A stretch of 64,000 nucleotides of DNA, from IMG/VR virus record IMGVR_UViG_3300037193_000639, positions 1 through 64,000 of that record. One strand, 5' to 3'. Position numbers and translations under genes: made by a program. How positions within the stretch are numbered: position 1 is the first letter of the stretch; each line of letters opens with the position of its first letter. This DNA comes from a virus. Shown here one piece after another: positions 57,217 through 64,000 of the stretch. The notes beneath the pieces were generated by a model. The model was not told where the DNA came from. It worked only from the letters and a program-made list of their open reading frames with translations, and did not search any database.

Positions 57217-58820
57217 GTCTCGTTGTCCAAACTAAACACATCAGCAACTCCTAATGAAGACCATGTGCGATTTTTAAGCGTCACGATCCGGCAGCGACCA
57301 CGGGACCTGTCCGGCATGATTTCCGGCTCAAGTGCAAGAATATTCCAACTCAATGCTTCCAGCGAACTACTACCTCGTAAAGATTCCTTCGTAACACGTA
57401 CCCAGAAAGGTTGGTCCTCTTTACCCTTCGGCGGTTTAAATGCATCAGCGTTAGTGCGGTTAATGTGACTGATCAAAATCACACATATGTCGTTAGCTGC
57501 ACAAAACGCAGCAAGCGTAGTCATTGTGTTGTCCAGCTCACGGCGCTCATCTGCAACTTCTGGGCTAGTAAGGACTGTAACGTGGTCTACAATCAGGTAC
57601 TTACAACCTTCAACAAAGTGGGCGTGTTTTACCTTTGACATAAACTCAGACAGTGGCAACGATCCAAAGTGATCTAACATCACAACCCGGTTGTTATCCA
57701 CAATATCTCGGTAGACAGCCTCGATTTCCTCTTTTGTCGCAACAGACGTCGGATTATTTTTGAACTGCAAATAGTTCACCCTCAGTTGTGATGCAATCAT
57801 TCGCTGAATTGTCTCGACTGGCCGTTCTTCCAGATAGAACATCCCAACCCGCTCCCCAGCACTCATAAATGCATTTGCAAACAATGCAGAAATTGTAGAC
57901 TTGCCTACATTCGTGGGCGCACAAAGCAGTGTCAACTCTCTGGTTCGGAAGCCATTTATTTGAGACATTAGTTTAGGGAACTCTGGCACCACGATCCCTT
58001 TTGGACGCTCTGCAATAATCTCTTCAAATGTAACATCTGATGCTTTAAGGATCTTCTCTGCAACATAAGGCTTCGCACCAAATGCAGCAAGTTTTGCAAG
58101 TTCTTTGCTTTGCCCCGCTTGCATGTAGTCACTGGCGTCTTTTTTATCTGCAGCGTACGGAAGATAAAATAGCGGTAGCCCTAGAAGAGCATTAGCAAGT
58201 GATTCTCGTGCCTCTTTACCACGCATCATACCTTTTAGCCGCTCTGCCGGAGTACACTCGTCATTGTCCATGCATAAGATAACTGCATCAGTAAACGATG
58301 ATACAAAGTCTTTGTTGTGCAAAACGTGCTCTACAGCATTTTTAGTGCCAAGACCAATACTGACGACAAACGGTTTTAAGTCAGAGTATTTTGTACCAGC
58401 CACATCATCAACCAGTGCTTGGTACAAACTAGGAACCTCCCATTCACCCTCGCAAATATACAGCTTTGTTTTCTTACGCTGATTTTTCTCAGCAATCTGC
58501 TGACCAAAGAGCATATTACTAATTGACACTGACCCAATTGCGGAAAAATGGTGTTTGTCCTCCTTGCTAACTGTTAGATCGCGGCGCTTAAACCCGCATA
58601 ACTCCCCTTTTTGGTTGTAATATGGGAAGTAATTTGCAATTGGTGTAACACCATCCTCTTCACTGACAGCAGTTCGAATTTGGAACAACTCTGCTGTCTC
58701 AAGCCGAATCCCACGCTCAGGAATTGCTTTAATTGGGTATTGCAAGACTTCTTTTACTGTCTCCTTCGACTTATACTCACTCACCTCCGAATACTCCTTA
58801 AATTTCCTGTCATACGCCAT
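57174..58820 (-). CDS. primase-helicase (T7 gp4-like)
   Basis: TOPRIM CEGE, DND, KDASD; APTNVGKS; VDH; SH; LRGS; KNR. Confidence 0.9.
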   Translation of the reverse strand: MAYDRKFKEYSEVSEYKSKETVKEVLQYPIKAIPERGIRLETAELFQIRTAVSEEDGVTPIANYFPYYNQKGELCGFKRRDLTVSKEDKHHFSAIGSVSISNMLFGQQIAEKNQRKKTKLYICEGEWEVPSLYQALVDDVAGTKYSDLKPFVVSIGLGTKNAVEHVLHNKDFVSSFTDAVILCMDNDECTPAERLKGMMRGKEARESLANALLGLPLFYLPYAADKKDASDYMQAGQSKELAKLAAFGAKPYVAEKILKASDVTFEEIIAERPKGIVVPEFPKLMSQINGFRTRELTLLCAPTNVGKSTISALFANAFMSAGERVGMFYLEERPVETIQRMIASQLRVNYLQFKNNPTSVATKEEIEAVYRDIVDNNRVVMLDHFGSLPLSEFMSKVKHAHFVEGCKYLIVDHVTVLTSPEVADERRELDNTMTTLAAFCAANDICVILISHINRTNADAFKPPKGKEDQPFWVRVTKESLRGSSSLEALSWNILALEPEIMPDRSRGRCRIVTLKNRTWSSLGVADVFSLDNETWDVITYGEDGADF

Positions 58821-59159
58821 CTACACCCTTTCATACCAAAACTTCACCCTTGGAGGCTGCTTAAACACAGCGAGCCCAAGCTCTGTATCATACCTCCGCA
58901 TAGCCTTCCTCAATGTCCTTCCAGACAATTCAGCAGTGTCAATCACCAAAACAGGCTTCAAATCATCTGGTACGTTTTGTCCGTAAGGTATCCACGGGAT
59001 GCTTAGTTTATGTGAAGCGTACACGCTTGCAATTGCTCCACTCCTTCCCGGCCCTGTGACAGACTTAGCATCACCCCCTTGTAAAAACAAGGCAACCTCA
59101 AGCCGTTTGCTGAATTCTTGCTCAGAAACTACTTGCATGTTAACTCTCCACATACTCAA
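58821..59159 (-). CDS. phosphoribosyltransferase-like protein
   Basis: GPGRSGAI; VLVIDTAELSGRTL PRPP-loop variant. Confidence 0.6.
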   Translation of the reverse strand: MSMWRVNMQVVSEQEFSKRLEVALFLQGGDAKSVTGPGRSGAIASVYASHKLSIPWIPYGQNVPDDLKPVLVIDTAELSGRTLRKAMRRYDTELGLAVFKQPPRVKFWYERV

Positions 59160-59779
59160 ACTTGTAAGGCACGTCCTTCAAGATTGCTGCCCTGTTCAAT
59201 GCCATAACAATCTTGAATCCATCCTCATTCCACCGCTTCCAGTAACTCTCTGACATCACATCCGTCAGCTCCCATACATGGTGCCAATAGTTCAAAGCAA
59301 TGATAATCTCTCGTGGAACGAAATACGAGATAAAATCTTCGTCAACGCTGATAGTACGAAATCGCCACGGACAGTCAGGACACTCCTCGACAAGCCAAAG
59401 CCCACTACTCATGTAATCTGGAAATACTTTAATTGTTTGCATATTACCCTCAATAATTTAGATGAAGTTCAGTAGCATCTACAGAGATCAACCCGTGAAG
59501 TTTCACAAACATCTCTTCGTAGCTTCCACGCGAGTTGTGCCAATTCCAATATTCCTTATGCTTTTGATAGTAAAGGTCACTAGATGAGCCGTAAGCCTGA
59601 TGGGCAGTAATTATTTCCTTACGCTTACTCTCCCGAATTTCAGATTCTTTCTTACAAAACTCATGCCACTCTTCCTCAGTAACAGGTTTATTTGTCACAT
59701 ACAAACCACCTATACAATAATCTGAGGAGTATTGTCCCGCAGACATGTAGAAGAAGTACAAACCTTTTAGTTGTTCCAT

Positions 59780-60847
59780 TTATTTCACCCTATGTGCTGT
59801 AAGTTCAAGAGGGTTCACCTCCATAATAGGCAATCTTCCACAATACTTATCATAGAAGTAACCAACATACCCTTCAACCAGAACAGGATTCATCTTCACG
59901 ATATCCGTTTTGAAATGGCTTCCACCTTGCTCCCTCAGGTATCTCATAAATTCTCCAAGCTCCTTGCCATCAAGCTTCAACCACTCTCGTACAAGATCAC
60001 CGTTGAATCGCTTACGATATTCCATCTCGAATTCCCACTCTGCTTGCACTTCGTTGTATAGAGTTTCGAAGTGGGGTATCTTTCGAAATAGGTATGGAAG
60101 CCATGCACGTTTATCCTGACCTTTTCGCCACTCAATCCAGAAGTTCTGCGCATTTGTGTGTTGATGATTTTCAATCCACTTCAAAAACTCTGTGTAAGTT
60201 TTTCGTTTCCTATCTCGCACGCGAGATGTATGGTTACGGTTATGTAGCAGGTAGATGTCTTTGTTAAAGAATTCACTGCTGACAACAAACTCAAAAATAT
60301 CTTCAAGCCTATCAAAACCTTGCTGGTATCTCTCATACGAAAGCCCCAACACTGGCAGAATCTTTGCCCAGTCTGTTTCTACAACAATTGTCCTGAAGTG
60401 CTGTGTCTCTCCGATTCTCCAGTGGTACGCGAGGCCGTCATGTCCAAGCTTCATGCCCATCATGTGCGCAATCCTGCCAATGAGGTTGCCAAGGTCATTG
60501 TAGGCAAAGTAGTTAAGAGATGTCTGGTACTCAGATGAAGGTGTAATAATCAAATCGATCTGGAACTCTTTATACTCAAATGAAAAGCAATTCCCGTTCT
60601 TAAAACACTCTTTTGGCTGAAATGCTGTAATGACTTTTTCTTGCCAATCACTCGGAAGGTAGTCTGACTCAAGCAATAGGTCCATATCTCCGAAAGAATC
60701 TTTCGAATAATAAGCAGGGACATCAGTAACTTCACTGCAGCAGTTTAAAGCATAGATAAGTTTTGTTAGCACCTCACCTACAAGTTTTCTGTATTCGTCT
60801 GCATTGTACCGTCTCGTCTTGCAATTCTTAAGTGCATTCCCGCCCAC
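59780..60847 (-). CDS. Pol-beta-like nucleotidyltransferase
   Basis: MGGNAL, K.SFGDMDLL, FQIDLI, DLGNLIGR. Confidence 0.75.
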   Translation of the reverse strand: MGGNALKNCKTRRYNADEYRKLVGEVLTKLIYALNCCSEVTDVPAYYSKDSFGDMDLLLESDYLPSDWQEKVITAFQPKECFKNGNCFSFEYKEFQIDLIITPSSEYQTSLNYFAYNDLGNLIGRIAHMMGMKLGHDGLAYHWRIGETQHFRTIVVETDWAKILPVLGLSYERYQQGFDRLEDIFEFVVSSEFFNKDIYLLHNRNHTSRVRDRKRKTYTEFLKWIENHQHTNAQNFWIEWRKGQDKRAWLPYLFRKIPHFETLYNEVQAEWEFEMEYRKRFNGDLVREWLKLDGKELGEFMRYLREQGGSHFKTDIVKMNPVLVEGYVGYFYDKYCGRLPIMEVNPLELTAHRVK

Positions 60848-61755
60848 GATATTCTCCTCAAAACCAGTACGGGCAATATTTACCTGTTTTATTATCTTTC
60901 AACTCACACACTTTACCACAAGTAAATAGAGCTGCCAACCAAGCTGTAAATTTGAACCTGTAGTGTCTTGGATTCCCGTGCAAACCGGGAAACGAGTACA
61001 ATGTGTAACGCTTTGTCATATTCAGCACCTCAAAACTCAAAAAACATATCGCTACTCATTTTCTCAAGACGTTTAAGTTTAGCTTTCAATTGGCTACACT
61101 CGTCTTCAAGAGACTCATAGTCAGAGTATAGCACGTAATCTCCATAGTTGCTCGGCATCATTCCAGCAGTTTGTGAGTCAGTATTTTCACAACGAAATAA
61201 CTCAGGATCATATCTTTGTACCATCTTTACTCCTCCTCCACCCACATATCTTCCACAACAAATTTAAGACTAAGCCCTCCATCTTCACGGCTTGCCCAGA
61301 AGCCTCCAGAGGCTGCGTAGGAGTTTCCATTGAAGCACTCTTCAAGCAGCTTTCGTGCATGCTTCCTCATTTGTCCCACAGAAGGTATCTCGTAGACATT
61401 TCCTTTGTTATACCACTTCCAGTTCAGGGTGTTCATTACTCGCTGCACTTTGTAGAAGTCAAACTCATCTAGGATCTCTTCGATTTGTTCTTCTTTAGCC
61501 ATTCCAATACACCTTCGAAAGAATCTGCTTATCCAGCACTTGATGATGGCGAAGCTCCCACAACAGCTCGTTAATATCTGCCAACCAAGTCCAGTCTTGC
61601 ATATTCTTGGCAATCATCCTATCCATCTCAACGTTAGTAATGAGTGTGGAGCGTCTTGAGATGCGTGATTGAAGCCTACTTTGAATGCTTTTCATGTTAG
61701 TTTCCTTCCTACTGCATAGCAGCTATATTAATAAAATCGTCTTGCTGAATATCAA

Positions 61756-62406
61756 CTATCCATGTACAGGAAAAGCTTGATTTACTTGTTCTGCTATCAG
61801 TAATGCAAGTTGCACATGTTCGAGTTGTGTAACACCTTCCTCAGTTCGGACTTCAAAATAATGAATCCAACTACGAAGAGTCCCATTCACGTACAGGCGA
61901 CTCATCGTAAGACCTTCTGGCAAGACTACGCGAGCAACTTCTTTGGCGATGCCCTTCTTAAGAGACTCTTTGTACACCTCCTTTGCGCGTTGCAGAACAA
62001 GTTTTTGCTGATCTTCCCACCACAACTTCAGCTCCATGTCGTCTGTTTCTAGGCTGTTTTGGCGGTTTTTTATATCCTGCATGCGCAAATCACGAAGACA
62101 GAACGCTTGCTCAAGTTGAGACACGTCTGCATAACGTTGGCTAAACTCTTGAAAAGAAAAGCTTCTATGTCGCAAAAGCTGTCGTGCAATATCTCGCGGA
62201 GATTCCACTTCAACAACAGCATTTGCCATTTCAAACGGACTCCAATGCTTGTGTTTTTTCAGATACCCTAGTAACTTTTCTGCAGTGTCCATGTTATGTT
62301 GATTTGATGGATTGGATACCCGTGCGCAATACGCAATAAGCTCCCCAACATCTTCAACACCATCTATAACAGGTTGTGTGACTGCGATCAATTTTGCTTT
62401 AAACAT
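61756..62406 (-). CDS. thyX: flavin-dependent thymidylate synthase
   Basis: ARVS, HWSPFE, QLLRHRSFSFQEFSQRY, EVAR.VLP. Confidence 0.95.
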   Translation of the reverse strand: MFKAKLIAVTQPVIDGVEDVGELIAYCARVSNPSNQHNMDTAEKLLGYLKKHKHWSPFEMANAVVEVESPRDIARQLLRHRSFSFQEFSQRYADVSQLEQAFCLRDLRMQDIKNRQNSLETDDMELKLWWEDQQKLVLQRAKEVYKESLKKGIAKEVARVVLPEGLTMSRLYVNGTLRSWIHYFEVRTEEGVTQLEHVQLALLIAEQVNQAFPVHG

Positions 62407-62845
62407 TTAGAACGACCTCTTCATAGTATTTCATCTCTGCAGATTTTCTAGCACAGCATGCTTCAAAGAAATCACGAAATCTCCCAAGAGTGATTTGACT
62501 TCCTTTGACACGTATGTACGCCTTCCAAGAACTTGTTTGCTTTTCTTTGTAAACACCTGTTATACCTGACTTATTATCTCTACTAACACGTTGATTGAAA
62601 GATTGAATGGATTTTATTTCCCACTTACAATTTTCTTTACTATAACCCTTATTGTTATCTTTGCGCTCTAAGGATAAATCTTCGGACGGGCGTTCTCCCA
62701 TGTCTTCTAGGAAGAAGTTAAAACTTGTTAACCATCTATCACAAACGACTATTCCGCGCCCTCCATATCTTTCGTACTCTGGAGGCTCGGGATTCAAACA
62801 TCGTTGTTTCATATTGATCCAAGCATTATACTCTGGAGTTGCCAC
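62399..62845 (-). CDS. HNH/AP2 homing endonuclease
   Basis: W..MKQRC, YGGRGI, ERKDN.KGY..ENCKW, SGITGV. Confidence 0.85.
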   Translation of the reverse strand: MATPEYNAWINMKQRCLNPEPPEYERYGGRGIVVCDRWLTSFNFFLEDMGERPSEDLSLERKDNNKGYSKENCKWEIKSIQSFNQRVSRDNKSGITGVYKEKQTSSWKAYIRVKGSQITLGRFRDFFEACCARKSAEMKYYEEVVLNV

Positions 62846-63430
62846 ACTTACCTTCTACTGTAATCACTCCTCACCTCCAAACCGTTTATGCACTTTAATC
62901 TTGAACTCTTTCTGTTTCCCTTCCATCTTTTGCGCATAGTACGTGCATATTAGAGCCAACAATGGTACAGAAACAGGAGATGTCAGAAGCACCAATACCC
63001 CCACAGCAACATAAATGATTGCCCACAGGAATTCCTTGCCGTGTTCGTACAGCTCGCTCCAAAGATAGCAGTCACGCAGGTTCTTTAAAAGAAATATTTC
63101 AGTAGCGACCTCTTTTAAGTGTTTTATGTACAGATTCACTCTGCCACCTCTACAATCTCATAAATACCATCACCGCCAAAAGACGAAGCAGCAAAGTTCC
63201 GTTCACCAACATCATCTAGGAAATACTCTTCTCCGTCTTCATCAAGCCCCTCGATCACGTAAATCTTGCCGAGGGTTACATCTTCAAGTTGGAAGCGCTC
63301 CTTAGCACCTGTAAATCGTATTTTTGTGTCAATGTTCAGTGTCTCAATTCCCTCGATACTCATCTTGTCTCTCCTTGGTAAGCTGTACAGGTTAATTGGT
63401 GGCAGCTCTAGTGTGGGCCAATCGATCACT

Positions 63431-63847
63431 TTACGACCTCTCATAGCAAAACATGTGCTCCTCCAACCGCATGCAACTCATTTTCTTTGCCCACTTTGGC
63501 TTCACAATGACATGGTGGAACCATTTTACATTCTCATTCATGAGAACTACTCCAACACCCTCCATCCGCTTCAATAAATCTTTCATTTCGACATTATATT
63601 TCAAAATTGGCTTCTTGTCAAACCATGAAAACTGCCCCGGCTGTGCAATTACTTGACAGACACTCTTCCCTGTTGCTTTTACGCGATTCAATATGACATC
63701 CATCACAGCCCTCTTGCCTACGTCGCTTTGTGTGTTGGCTTCGTAGTAAATTGCAGACACCATGCAACGTTTTTCTGACAGAGCATCCTTTGCAACAGCT
63801 TGAAAGGGAATAATGGAGAGGGCTAGGATGAGAAGACGCTTTAACAT
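63431..63847 (-). CDS. cell-wall hydrolase (SleB/Hydrolase_2-like)
   Basis: Signal peptide, C...AIYYEA, V.LNRV, VC.VI.QP.QFSW, H.F. Confidence 0.85.
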   Translation of the reverse strand: MLKRLLILALSIIPFQAVAKDALSEKRCMVSAIYYEANTQSDVGKRAVMDVILNRVKATGKSVCQVIAQPGQFSWFDKKPILKYNVEMKDLLKRMEGVGVVLMNENVKWFHHVIVKPKWAKKMSCMRLEEHMFCYERS

Positions 63848-64000
63848 CGGGCTTCCTCGATCGGATAGTGCACTTCTTCGTAATCATATACGAGATTAAA
63901 CAAAGCACCGAAACGATTGAACTCAGGTGATCCTGTTTCTGGTGGGTTGTCGAAGTATACTGACAGGTCTTTCAATGCAACCTTGTACTCTTCCTCAGTA
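63841..64000 (-). CDS. partial ORF resembling HigA antitoxin N-terminal domain (5' end outside window)
   Basis: TEEEYKVALKDLSVYFDNPPETGSPEFNRFGALFNLVYDYEEVHYPIEEARC*. Confidence 0.7.
   Translation of the reverse strand, partial: TEEEYKVALKDLSVYFDNPPETGSPEFNRFGALFNLVYDYEEVHYPIEEARC

Noticed and set aside
1-64000. CRISPR array, reverse transcriptase/DGR, integrase-repressor module
   Set aside because: No regularly spaced repeats, RT motifs or tyrosine integrase/CI genes were recognised.

Overview
A 64-kb stretch of a large, probably lytic, dsDNA tailed phage; the host is likely a proteobacterium. Layout: (1) 1-1750, an ~1.1-kb non-coding region with a parS-like palindrome, a DnaA-box pair and sigma70 promoters, followed by a lone serine resolvase. 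(2) 1768-10300, minus-strand accessory genes including a permuted SLOG protein, RNA ligase, phosphoesterase, ClpP-like protease, HNH nuclease, PhoH and a small HTH protein. (3) 10448-37128, the plus-strand virion arm: an RNA cluster (two tRNA-Ser, an atypical tRNA-Leu-like gene, a structured ncRNA), a terminase split by a group I intron, portal, S49 protease, capsid, a non-contractile tail with a -1 frameshift chaperone, tape measure, fibre, a papain-like protease-DUF4214 fusion and lysis genes. (4) 37220-64000, the minus-strand replication and nucleotide arm: nrdA/B, exonucleases, an M.HindIII-like methylase, SSB, DUF5664, an intein-containing family A polymerase, primase-helicase, nucleotidyltransferases, thyX, a cell-wall hydrolase and a truncated HigA-like ORF. 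Seven free-standing homing endonucleases are present. The most notable unexplained signals are a dispersed 6-4-6 palindrome TTCTCA-N4-TGAGAA (9 perfect and 2 near copies), the parS/DnaA-box/resolvase region, an RBS-sequestering pseudoknot in front of a 7-codon clamp-motif peptide, a T-loop ncRNA and an HTH-less HigA antitoxin mimic. All family calls come from motif recognition by eye, not from database searches.
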